Source of the DNA: the human T2T-CHM13v2.0 reference genome, Homo sapiens
DNA length: 64,000 bases
Direction: 5' to 3' (one strand)
NCBI RefSeq assembly: GCF_009914755.1
Contig: NC_060928.1
Below, in pieces: positions 18,471 to 35,014 of the stretch (positions are counted from its first letter, which is position 1; each line of letters opens with the position of its first letter). The notes below the pieces were generated by a model that saw only the letters and a program-made list of their open reading frames with translations, was not told the origin of the DNA and ran no database searches. Position numbers and translations under genes: made by a program.

Positions 18471-20515
18471 CTGAGGAAGCTCATCATGAGATTCATTTTT
18501 CTTAAATTTTGGACTTATACAGTAAGGGCTTCAACTGACCTTACTCAAACTGGGGACTGTTCCCAGTGTATTCATCAGGTCACCGAAGTAGGACAGCAAA
18601 TTAAAACAATCTTTCTGTTCTATAGTTATTGTGAATGTATGGAAACATTAAAAGAAACTTGTTTGTATAATGCCACTCAGTACAAGGTATGTAGCCCAAG
18701 AAATGACCGACCTGATGTGTGTTATAACCCATCTGAGCCCCCTGTAACCACCGCTTTTGAAATAAGAATAAGAACTGGCCTTTTCCTAGGTGATACAAGT
18801 AAAATAATAAGTAGAACAGAAGAAAAAGAAATCCCCAAGCAAATAACTTTAAGATTTGATGTTTGTGCAGCCATTAATAGTAAAAAGCTAGAAATAGGAT
18901 GTGGTTCTCTTAATTAAGGAAGGAGCTGAAGAGTAGAAAATAAATATGTTTGCCATGAATCAGGGGTTTGTGAAAATTGTGGCTATTGGACATGTGTTAT
19001 TTAGGCTACTTAAAAAAAGAACAAAAGGACCCGGTTTATCTTCAGAAGGGGAAGCCAACCCCTCCTGTGCTGCCGGTCACTGTAACCCACTACAACTAAT
19101 AATTACCAATCCCCTAGATCCCCGTTGGAAAAAGAGAGAATGTGTAACCCTGGGGATCAATAGGACAGGGTTAAACCCTCAAGTTGCCATTTTAATTAGA
19201 GGGGAGGTCCACAAGTGCTCTCCCAAACCAGTATTTCAAACCTTTTGTGAGGAGCTGAATGTGCTAGCACCAGAACTTCTGAAAAAGACAAAAAATTTGT
19301 TTCTCCAATTAGCAGAAAATGTAGCTCATTCCCTTAATGTTACTTCTTGTTATGTACGCGGAGGAACCACTATCGGAGACAGATAGCCTTGGGAAGCCCG
19401 AGAGTTGGTGCCTACTGATCCAGCTCCTGATATAATTCCAGTTCAGAAGGCCGAAGCTAGCAACTTCTAGGTCCTAAAACCTCAATTATTAGACAATACT
19501 GTATAGCTAGAGAAGGGAAAGACTTTATCATCCCTGTAGGAAAGCTTAATTGTATAGGACAGAAGTTGTATAACAGCACAACACAGACAATTACTTAGTA
19601 GGGCCTAAACCACACTGAAAAGAATCCATTTAGTAAATTTTCTAAATTAAAAACTGCTTCGGCTCATCCAGAATCTCATCAGGACTGGACGGTTCCCGCT
19701 GGACTATACTAGATATGTAGGCACCGAGCCTACTTTCGGTTACCTAATAAATGGGCAGGCAGTTGTGTTATTGGCACTATTAAGCCGTCCTTTTTCTTAT
19801 TACCCATAAAAACAGGTAAGCTGCTAGGTTTCCCTGTCTATACCTCCCGAGAAAAGAAAGGCATAGCTATAGGAAACTGGAAAGATAATGAATGGCCCCC
19901 AGAAAGGATCATACAGTATTATGGGCCTGCCACATGGGCACAAGATGGCTCATGGGGATACTGAACCCCCATCTACATGCTCAATTGGATCATACGGTTG
20001 CAGGCCGTCTTAGAAATAATTACTAATGAAACTGGCAGAGCTTTGACTGTTTTAGCTTGGCAAGAAACCCAAATGAGGAATGCTATCTATCAGAATAGAT
20101 TGGCCTTAGACTACTTGCTAGTAGCTGAAGGAGGAGTTTGTGGAAAATTTAACTTAACCAATTGCTGCCTACAAATAAATGATCAAGGACAGGTGGTTAA
20201 AAACATAGTCAGGGACATGACAAAGGTGGCACATGTGCCTTTACAGATTTGGCACGAGTTTAATCTGAGTCTTTATTTGGAAAATGGTTTCCAGCGGGAG
20301 GAGGATTTAAACCCCTCATTGTAGGTGTATTGCTAGTGATAGGAACTTGCTTGCTGCTCCCCTGTGTATTATCCTTGTTTTTTCAAATGATAAAAGGTTT
20401 TGTTGCTACTTTGATTCATCAGAAAACTTCAGCACAGGTGTATTATATAAATCACTACGGTTCTACCTCAGAGAGAGACTCAAAAAGTAAAGATGAGAGT
20501 GAGAACTCCCACTAA
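18471..20515 (+). pseudogene. env: HERV-E env (disrupted)
   Basis: Signal peptide LIMRFIFLKFWTYTV; REKK cleavage-like site; [20 protein letters not shown] with CX6CC; tail ...DESENSH*. Confidence 0.92.
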
Positions 20516-20542
20516 AAAGTGAAAATGCTCAAAGGGGGGAAA

Positions 20543-21039
20543 TATGGTATGAGACCACCACTTCTCCTGTTGTCCTTCCCAGTTTCTCCCCAACCTCCCT
20601 TTTTCCCTAGTTTGTAAGACAGGAAAAAAGGGAGAAAGCAAAAAGTTGGAAAAAACAGAAGTAAAATAAATAGCTAGACGCCCTCGGCGCCACCACCTGG
20701 CCCTGGTGGTTAAAATAACAATAATATTAACCCCTGACCAAAACTACCTGTGTTATCTGTAAATCCCAGACATTGTATGAGAAAGCACTGTAAAAACTTT
20801 TTGTTCTGTTAGCTGATGTTTGTAGCCCCCAGTCACATTCCTCAGGCTTACTTGATCTATTATGACTTTTTCGGGTAGACCCCTTAGAATTGTAAGCCCT
20901 TAAAAGGGCTAGGAATTTCTTTTTCAGGGAGCTCGGCTCTTAAGACACGAGTCTGCCGACGCTCCCGGCCGAATAAAAAAACCTCTTCCTTCTTTAATCC
21001 GGTGTCTAAGGAGTTTTGTCTGCAACTCGTCCTGCTACA
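20543..21039 (+). promoter_or_regulatory. HERV-E 3' LTR (LTR2C-like), 497 bp, with poly(A) signal
   Basis: Follows PPT AAAGGGGGGAAA; TATGGTATGAGACCACC...GTCCTGCTACA; AATAAA at 20972-20977. Confidence 0.9.
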
Positions 21040-21043
21040 CTAG

Positions 21044-22270
21044 CTCTCCGTGACTCATCCCAACCCTTTTCATTACACACAGCCGAAGTGCAGCGCTGTG
21101 CAGTTGAAATTCTTACACAAGGACCAGGATCGCATCCTGTAGCCTTTTTGTCCAAACAACTTGACCTTACTGTTTTAGGTTGGCCATTATGTCTCCGTGC
21201 AGCAGCTGCTGCCACCCTAATACTTTTAAAGGCCCTTAAAATCACAAGCTATGGTCAACTCACTCTCTACAGCTCTCATAACTTCCAAAATCTATTTTCT
21301 TCCTCACACCTGCCACATATACTTTCTGCTCCCTGGCTCCTTCAGCTGTACTCACTCTTTGTTGAGTCTCCCACAATTACCATTGTTCCTGGCCCGGACT
21401 TCAATCCGGCCACCCACATTATTCCTGATACCACACCTGACCCTCATGACTGCATCTCTCTGGTCCATCTGACATTCACCCCATTTCCCCACATTTCCTT
21501 CTTCTCTGTTTCTCACCCTGATCACACTTAGTTTATTGATGGCAGCTCCACCAGGCCTAATCGCCACACACCAACAAAAGCAGGCTATGCTATAGTACAA
21601 GCCACTAGCCCGCCTCTTAGAACCTCTCATTTCCTTTCCATCGTGGAAATCTATCCTCAAAGAAATAACTTCTCAGTGTTCCATCAGCTATTCTACTACT
21701 CCTCAGGGATTCTTCAGGCCCCCTCCCTTCCCTGCACATCAAGCTCAAGGATTTGCCCCCACCCAGGACTGGCAAATTAGCTTTACTCAACGTGCCCCGA
21801 GTCAGGAAACTAAAATACCTCTTGGTCTAGGTAGACACTTTCACTGGATAGGTAAGGGCCTTTCCCACAGGGTGTAAGAAGGCCACCAAGGTCATTTCTT
21901 CCCTTCTGTCAGACATAATTCCTCAGTTTAGCCTTCCCACCTCTATACAGTGTGATAGCAGACCGGCCTTTATTAATCAAGTCAGCCAAGCATTTTTTCA
22001 GGCTTCTAGTATTCAGTGAAACCTTTATATCCCTTACAGTCCTCAGTCCTCAGGAAAGTAGAACAGACTAATGGTCTTTTAAAAACACATCTTACCAAGC
22101 TCAGCCACCAACGTAAAAAGGACTGGACAATACTTTTACCACTTTCCCTTCTCAGAATTCAGGCCTGTCCTTGGAATGCTACAAGGTACAGCCCATTTGA
22201 GCTCCCATATAGACGCTCCTTTTTATTAGGCCCCAGTCTCATTCCAGACACCAGACCAACTTGGACTGTG
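21044..22270 (+). pseudogene. pol: HERV-H pol 3' part (RT connection, RNase H, integrase remnants)
   Basis: Resumes ctagctctccgtgactcatcccaaccc; PVAFLSKQLD, *FIDGSS, KVEQTNGLLK, YSPFEL. Confidence 0.88.
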
Positions 22271-22847
22271 CCCCAAAAAACTTGTCATCCCTACTGTCTT
22301 CTGTCTAGTCATACTCCTATTCACCGTTCTCAACTACTCATATATGTCCTGCTCTTGTTTACACTGGTGGTTTACACTGTTTCTCCAAGCCATCACAGGT
22401 GATATCTCCTGGTGCTATCCCCAAACCACCACTCTTAACTCTTAAATAAATAATCTTTGCTGGCAAGGCTATGCTGAACCTCCTTAGGCACTCTCTAATT
22501 AGATGTCCTAGGTCCTCCCAATTCTTCATCCTTTAATACCTGTTTTTCTCCTTCTCTTATTCCGTTTAGTTTTTCAGTTCATAGAAAACTGTATCCAGGC
22601 CATCACCAATAATTCTAAATGACAAATGTTTCTTCTAACAACCCTACAATATCACCCCTTACCACAAAATCTTCCTTCAGCTTAATCTCTCCCACTCTAG
22701 GTTCCCATGCCACCCCTAATCCCCCTCGAAGCAGCCCTGAGAAACATCGCCCGTTCTCTCTCCATACCACCCCCAAAAAATTTTCACCATCCCAATACTT
22801 TACCACTATTTCATTTTATTTTTCTTATTACTATAAGAAGACAGGAA

Positions 22848-23561
<714 letters not shown>

Positions 23562-25090
23562 CAAAAGTGTCCTCTTATAATGACACTTGTCATTAGATGT
23601 ACAGCCTACCTAAATTACTCCAGGAGAATCTCATCTCAAGATCCTTAAGTTAATTACATCTGCAAACACCCTTTTTCCAAATAATGCCACCTCCACCGAT
23701 TCTAGGCACAAGGATCTGGATATATCTTGTGCAAAGCCACCATTCAACTCACTACACTAGAAAGAGGAAAAACAACGAAGTAACAAAATGCGCAGAAGAA
23801 AGAACAGATGCAGATTGTGTGGCAGTGGCCATCAAGGCAGGCTGGGGTAAAACTGTGTTAACAGAACCCCCAGATGGAACTCAAGTGTGGCCGTCTACTC
23901 CCAGCTACTCACAGAGAACGTTTCTGTTTCTGACAGCAGAGTAAGAGAAGGGGTGGGAAGAGAGATAGCCCATTCTCTGTTGGCCTAATTCCTAAGGAAT
24001 CGTGCCTCTGCCTTCGGGTCATTCTAAGTCTTGTTCAAGGATAAAATGATTTATTGATAGCCGTAATTAAAAAGCAATGCCAACAGAAGCAGCGTCAGCA
24101 TTTTTCATTTGTACTTACACATGAGCAAGAGCAGTTTAGGGAAACGGGTGCCTTCAGTTTGTTTTCTCCATCTAGAAAAGGGCTGCCTTTGTGGAATGCT
24201 GGCCCTGGGGAGAAGCCTCATTTCTATAGCAGGAATTGATACAGTTTTAAATTCTGATTGGTACACGGAGCTACCTGTCCTCATTTCAAGCACTTCTGGT
24301 TTGTTCTGGGTTCAGTGGGTGAGCAATGAGTAGAACGCTGGGGAGGAGGATTTGGAGCGAGGGTGGTTTTGATCCACAGAGGGAGCTGTTTTTCCATCAA
24401 TGTCTTGACTGTGATTCAGAATGGGCTTCTCCGCTCAAGATGGGAATACTGGGCTGATTTAAGGCAGGTGATTGACTTGATTTGGTGGCTACTTTTATAC
24501 TAGCTGGTTAACGAGCTATTTTCTTCATTAGTTTCAGGCATGTGAGCTTAATGAAGCATTGGACCTCCCAAATTACAAGGAAAATACACATATAGCTTGT
24601 GTGGTAGGTTCAAAGGAGTTAGTGAACAAACACAGTAGGGCCACAAATTATTGTTAAAGACATGAATGCATGAAAGTGTATCTATGTCCAAATGGACTCT
24701 CTGCAACCATACTGTTCCACCTGAAAATTAGTAGATAGAAATTCAGCAAATGCTTGGACAGGGGATACTCTCAGAAGTATTCTGACTAAATAGCATGGTT
24801 TCATTTCATATCACTAAAGTAATTTCTTCTCAAATTGACTCTGGACTAAATCTTATGATACCTACTTGTTCTGATTGTACTTAGCCACCTGCAAATAAGG
24901 TGGGGGCAGTGATAAGAGGAGCTGTTGAATGAAATTAAACATTTGTTGGATGCCTACTGAGGATAAAGCCCTGTGCTTTGTGTCAGGGAGATTCCAGAAT
25001 AAATGAGGTACAGACTACTCTCAGGAAGCTTTTGCAAACTAATGGAGAAAACACATCTGCAGGCAATGACTTATGGTATAAGAGGAAATG

Positions 25091-25397
<307 letters not shown>

Positions 25398-25685
25398 AAA
25401 TAAGATTGGTGTTGAATGGGAAATCTAAGCAGGATGGAATGACAGGAGAGCGCCCACTTGCCCAGCTCCAATAACACTTTTGACAGCCATGACAATATTG
25501 CAGGGACACCCATTCCTTATGGTATCTGAAGTCCCATGAAGGCTTGAGTCTGGAGGCTAGTTCAGTCTTGACTTTAAGATAAGGGGATACAAGGAATGAT
25601 TTTCATCTATCCCAAGCCAATAGTCCAGCCAAAAATCTAGGTCTGAGTTGAAGAGAAAAAGCAAGTCATCAACCATGTCAGCCAT

Positions 25686-25687
<2 letters not shown>

Positions 25688-25727
<40 letters not shown>
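25688..25727. repeat. (CAT)n microsatellite
   Basis: About 13 CAT units. Confidence 0.95.
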
Positions 25728-25731
<4 letters not shown>

Positions 25732-25834
25732 ACAAAAGACAGACCTGTAACCGTCTTGTGTGCCTGGCTCTCATCTTAGTTCAAAATATAGAAGTAAATT
25801 CTATGGCCAGCGAACAATGACCAAAATAGCTCTT

Positions 25835-25965
25835 ATCACTCTCGTCTGCCACCATGTAAGACATCCCTTTTGCCTTCCACCATGATTTCGAGACTTCTTC
25901 AGCCACATGGAACTGTGAGCCCATTAAACCTCTTTTTCTTTATAAATTACCCAGTCTTGAGTAAT
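25835..25965 (+). mobile_element. THE1/MST (MaLR) LTR 3' fragment
   Basis: ccaccatgtaagac...ggaactgtgagcccattaaacctctttttctttataaattacccagtct. Confidence 0.8.
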
Positions 25966-26512
25966 AAAATAGTGGTTTGTCCACAACATCAATGAACGAT
26001 GCTGTTACTTGTTCCAAGCACGTATCATTTAAGAGGTTTGGATAAACAACAACCTAAAATAAATAAGCACTAAACAAACTCAGGGCTACATAATCCCTGT
26101 GGTGAGGTAACTGACAATGGGTACAACTGGGACACTTTACTGTTAAATCACCTCTATCTACATGTGCCAAAGCAGTGAGATACTTGGTTTTAATCCTAAA
26201 AAATCATGGTGCACATTTACTCCTGCCTTCCAACTGGGCTTTAACGTCACCTCCTCAGAGAAGCCCGCTTTTCTGAGCTTCCACTCTGCTTTTTTTCAGC
26301 ATTTAGTAGAGCATCAGTCACCATCCATATATGGGAACAATGATTGTAAGAAACAGAAACCCATTTGCATGAGCTTGAGGACAAGGAGCACACCTTATCT
26401 CTAACAGGAAAACTCATGGGCACAAGAAAAAAATGAGAGGCCATGAGAGAATAGAAACTGCAGTTACAGAAACCAAAATTCCTCTTTCTTGCTCTCAGAA
26501 GCCCATGGTCTC

Positions 26513-26811
26513 TTTTTTTTTTTTTTTTTTTTGAGATGCAGTCTCACTCTGTCGCCCAGGCTGGAGTGCAGTGGTGCGATCTCAGCTCACTGCAAGCTCC
26601 ACCTCCTGGGGTTCACGCCATTCTCCCACCTCAGCCTCCCAATTAGCTGGGGCTACAGGCACCTGCCACCACACCCAGCTAATTTTTGTATTTTTAGTAG
26701 AGATGGAGTTTCACCATGTGAGCCAGGATGGTCTCGATCTCCTGACCTCGTGATCCGACCATCCTGGCCTCCCAAAGTGCTGGGATTACAGGCGTGAAAC
26801 ACCGCGCCTGG
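26513..26811 (-). mobile_element. AluY-like with TSD GAAGCCCATGGTCT
   Basis: gcaagctccacctcc, ttcacgccattctcc; TSD on both sides. Confidence 0.93.
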
Positions 26812-27225
26812 AAGCCCATGGTCTTTCTTATCAGCCCTGTGGAATTTCTTATCTCTTCTTCTCACTCACAACCAATTTTCCCTTTTTGCTGGTGGCCCAT
26901 CTTGGCAGCCAGCAGAGCCCACCCCCAGCTGATCAGTCAGTTACTGGATATCTTGGAGAGGGAGGGAGGGAGGGAGGGAGGGAGGGAGCGAGAGGGAGAC
27001 AGAGAGAGAGAGTGACAATTGGGCTTCTGGCCAACCAATTGAGTATAGGGAGGGGAAGTACCATGGTATAAATATAGCGCCAAGACCTGCTTTCCAGCAT
27101 GGCCAGTGAGTAGGGAAATTGAGGGAAGGTACCTGCAAACACAGCAGACATCTCAGAACATGCTCTCTGTTCTTAGTTCTCTCTCCTGCCTTCTCCTAGA
27201 TTGTAAATATCACAAGACAGTCTAG

Positions 27226-27614
<389 letters not shown>

Positions 27615-29152
27615 GACTCTGCAAGTATGTAAGTGAATGAATGTCAGTCCCTGAGAATCAGAATTTCTTCTGATTTAATGGCATTAAATCTCCATTAGGT
27701 TTAATCCTGGTCAGCAGCTGTAGGGTGTCCTGGGTTTGGGATCAGTGGGATGAGGAAAAAGCAGGTTCTCCAAACCACCACACACGGAGGGGAGGTGTTA
27801 ACTAGGCCAAAGATGATGGGTGGGGTACGTTCCTGGGTTTCAAACAGCTTATGCCAGGCCTAAAAACCGACGCTGAGGAAGAAACTGTATTAAGCAAATT
27901 GATGACATAATGGAGGGGGTCAAAAAGTTTAATATTGCTAAGAAGAATACAAATATTGATCATGCAACATGTTATTATCACACCATCTCCTGCTACACGC
28001 CAGGTTTCCTTTACCATGAGATACAAGAAATTTGTGGATCTGACCTAACCCTCCAAATTGTAAGGTCCCTGATCGTGGGCTCATGACATTCATGTTTTAT
28101 AAATGTGGCATAAAGCCTCACGCTGACTGCCATGTGGCCCAATACCAGTTCGATGCTACATTCAAAGAACCATCATTCCAGCATGCAAGCATACTTAAAG
28201 GCAATTGAAATGTTTACCACCGTCCCTCAAGACAAACACCAAAGAAAAATTATTTTCAAAATGCATAGCAACACTTCTTAAAATCTTATTTTCCCATCTC
28301 TTTCTCTCTCTCTACCACATTCCCAGGAGTTTCCCAGGAGCAAAACTATCATAAAGACCCAGAAGCAAAATGATTAATGACTTCACTATATCTGATTCTG
28401 ATTTAGTTGGTTTAGAGTGGTGTCCGGTCTTACGTATTTTTTAAAATCTTGCTGGGCACAGTGGCACACACCTGTAGTCTCATCTACTCAGGAGGCTGAG
28501 GCAGAAGAATCACTTGAGCCCGGGAGTTTGAGTCCAGCCTGGGCAACATAGCAAGACCCTGTCTCTGAAAAAAAAAAAATAAAAGCAAAAACAAATCTCT
28601 CTCAGCTGAAGTCAGGGTTGATAACTAGTTGATCAAAAAATTGTGGTAGCCATCCTTCACAATGGACCTTAATATTCCCACCTCCTGGTGTTATTCATTG
28701 TGGAATCTCTCTTAGCTAGTCCTCAATTGGTTCTGGTATCCAGGCCCCACCTTGAGAGGCTAGTCCCACCTCCTACCCCACACATGGTTTTACACTTACT
28801 TTCAAGACTGGTCTAAAAATGTAAAATGTATTTATTTTGACCTTGTTTCCAATGAAACAACTATTCTAAACATTCATTTAGGATGGTTAGGGAAATTTGA
28901 ACACCGGCTAAATATTAGAAGATGTTTGCTTCAAAATAACCCAGATTGGTAATGAGATGATGGCGGCTGAGGCTGGTGATAGGCACAGAGGGCTTCATTA
29001 TCAAATAGAAACAAGTGGAAAAAACAGAATTTTTCCATAATAAAAATGTAAGGTAAACACGAAAATGTACTGAGTGCATGAAAAGAATCTATGGTCTCAC
29101 AGGCATTAGCTTATAATTTGAACATCAAAAATAAAAGTGACGGCCAGGTTCA

Positions 29153-29257
<105 letters not shown>

Positions 29258-29438
29258 CTAAAATAAATAAATATAAATAAAAGTGACTAGAATTGATTAT
29301 AGAACATCAACTCGATTTGAGTCTATAAAGATTCCTGGTGGAGGGGGGCAATAGGGAGAAGGAGGAAGAGAATATATTTGTGACCTAGATTATTTTCCTT
29401 AGTTTTGAGAGAATCTTCGGGTCTCCTGGGTCTTCTAG

Positions 29439-30081
<643 letters not shown>

Positions 30082-30819
30082 TATTTTCCTTAGTTTTCAG
30101 AGAACCTTTGTGTCCCCTGGGTGTTCTAGCCCAGTATATCTCAAACTTTGCTGCACTGAGGACCTTGTTGAAATGCAGGTTCTCATCTGCGAGGCTCAGT
30201 GGGCCAGCAAATCGGCATTGGTTTAGGAAGCTCACCCTGAGTATCAAGCTTCAGTGAGGACCAGGCAGGCCCCTGCCTGCCAACGCCCTCTCAGCTGGGC
30301 TTAACTCTGGCTCTCTCCTGCCAGGGTTCCTCCCCTCAAAATAGGAGCTATTTTCAAAAAATCTCTAGGAAAAAAGACCCTGTTTTAAAATTGGGGTGTT
30401 CAGGATTGGCCATCTGCTCACCATGGGGTTTTAAGACCTTTGCCCAGACCCCTGCAACCAACTTAGAACTGACATCTTTACTCTTGAAGGCCCCACTCCA
30501 CACCATATTAAATTCATTAAAATCCACCCCCATTACAGGCATATCTCAGGCATTACACCCTCAGAACGGAGTTGCAGCTGACCACTTGACAGTGTTGTAA
30601 AGCATTAAACATGCATTCATTTCAGCCTTGCAGTTTGCACATTTAGCAGCCAATTGTCTTAGGTCTAAAGCATTCATGCCGAAGCATTTTTATGGGCCCC
30701 AGACACTATGCTTCCCAGCCTTAATGGCCTCTGCAATGCTGGTTCCTACTGCCCCACCCCTGGGTTCTGGCCGGCTAGCTCATGCCACCTCACTGCTCCC
30801 CCATTCAAGTGTGCCTTAA

Positions 30820-31243
<424 letters not shown>

Positions 31244-31854
31244 ATCAGCATCTGTATTTTTTGAAGCACAGACGAGTTTGGGAACTACCGTGCTAGACTG
31301 AGCTCGGTTTCCTAGCCCTGTCTGACCGTAGGATTCGGCTGGGCTGCTTCTGAAAACAGAGCTCCCCAGGCTTCTTCCCAGGTAATTCTGATTCATTAGG
31401 TCTGGGGTGGGCCCCGGAATGTGCATTTTTTATGAGATCCCTCTGGGTGAATCAGGCTAAAGCCAGTTTGGGATCTGAGACCTTGGAGATCATTCCCCAA
31501 CTTCCCTCCTAACGCAGTTCCCAGCTTGGCCCACCTCACCCAGGCTGTGTCACGTCTGACTTCACAGATTACACCTGAGAGGGAAGCCCCAGCCATCACA
31601 ATGTGAGAACATTTTACAATGACCAGGATATGCCAAATACATTTTAAAACTCATTCAGGATTAGCGTTCACCTTAAACTTGACAGACTCTGAGAACGGGC
31701 TGGCCACGTGCTGTGCACAACCGTTAGTGCTCTTCTGTGACTAATATTTGGATAATTGATTGTTGGAAGCTCAGGAAGCCTCTCTCTCTCAGAGGGGTCG
31801 AATTTAATTTCTTTATTTCTGAGGTAGGGAAGAAAATGAGGATGTTCTGCCTTT

Positions 31855-33480
<1,626 letters not shown>

Positions 33481-33703
33481 ACATAGTTTTAAGTCCACTC
33501 AGTGGAGTTTAAAAATACATTCTCGTTGCACAGTGCTTTTGGAATCTTTTCTAAACTTCTGTTGCACATGATCTAATTTGATCTTCATAGCAACTCCCTG
33601 AGGTGGATAGGGGAGGCCTTTCTGAACACCTATTTTCTAGTTTGCATTAAAAGAACGGAATTGGCTGGGACCAGTGGCTCATGCCTATAATCCCAACACT
33701 TTG

Positions 33704-34723
33704 TGATACAGAAGGGAAGTGCTCAGAAGGGAAGAATGTGGTCCCTTTAAATGATATGGAAGTGAGGAAGGAAAGTACTGGGTAGAGGAGGGTGTGGTCC
33801 CTGGCTAGGGCTCCACCCCAGGGCCTGTGCCCACGGACCTAGGTGAGGACAGGCATTTTTGTTTTCCTGCCCAAATGTTGCATTTCCCAAGACCACCCTG
33901 GCTGCCACACCCCCATTCTGTGCCTATAAAAACCCTGAGACCCTAGCAGGCAGACACACAGGCAGCTGGACTTCGAGAGGAGCACATCAGCGGAGGAACA
34001 CAAGGGTGCTGGATGTCAAAAGGAACGCACCAATGGGCACCGACACACCACAGGCCACTGACTGCAGAACAACGTAGAGTTTGGCTGGGACATTCGGAGA
34101 AGAGTCAGGCCACTCACCCGACTCCAGGGGTAAACCATCTCCCTTCTGGCTCCCCCATCTGCTGAAAGATACTTCCACTCAATAAAACCTTGCGCTCTCA
34201 CGCCTGTAATTCCAGCACTTTGGGAGGCCGAGGCGGGCAGATCACGAGGTCAGGAGATCCAGACCATTCTGGCTAACACAGTGAAACCCCATCTCTACTA
34301 AAAATACAAAAAAATTAGGCAGGCTTGGTGGTGGGTGCCTGTAGTCCCAGCTACTTGGGAGGCTGAGGTAGGAGAATGGGGTCAACCGAGGAGGCGGAGC
34401 TTGCAGTGAGCTGAGATAGCACCACGTCCGGTACACCAAGGCAAGAACCCCGGGACAAAGAGATCCTTCTGTCCTTGCAATAAGACGGGGGTCTAATTGA
34501 GCCGACTAACACAAGCTACCTACAGACGGCTAAACTAAAAGAGCACCCTGTAACACACGCCCACTGGGGCTTCAACTATAAACATTCACCCCTGGACACT
34601 GCCATGGGGCTCCCTGCCTGTCTGCATGCTCCCCTAGAGGTTTGAGCAGTGGGGCACTGAATAAATGAACCACACCCGCATCGCATGCCCTTGGAGGGGG
34701 ACAACGGAACATTTCCCATTTCA
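33704..34723 (+). mobile_element. Solo ERV1 LTR (LTR1-family-like) inserted in an AluJ (33663-33703 and 34728-~34995)
   Basis: TG...CA termini; flanks TTTG/TCTG; TATAAAA and AATAAA present; the Alu continues across the insertion. Confidence 0.8.
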
Positions 34724-34873
34724 TCTGAGAGGCCAAGGCAGGAGGATTGCTTGAGCCCATGAGTTTGAGACCAGCCTACACAACATAGCAAGACCCCATC
34801 TCTACAAAAAAAAGTAAACAACAAAAAAGGATTAAAAATTAGCCAGCTGTGGTGACACACACCTGTAGTCTCA

Positions 34874-35014
<141 letters not shown>

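Larger units (their letters stand above)
12704..21039 (+). mobile_element. HERV-E provirus lacking a 5' LTR (PBS-gag-pro-pol-env-LTR2C-like), nested in HERV-H pol
   Basis: PBS-Glu at the left junction; gammaretroviral gag/pol/env; PPT at 20531-20542; single LTR; CTAG duplicated at 12700-12703 and 21040-21043. Confidence 0.95.

Noticed and set aside
27030-27112. CCAAT, TATAAAT and a downstream GTGAGT as a gene promoter and first exon
   Set aside because: Short motifs expected by chance, probably inside an old MaLR remnant; no supporting ORF.
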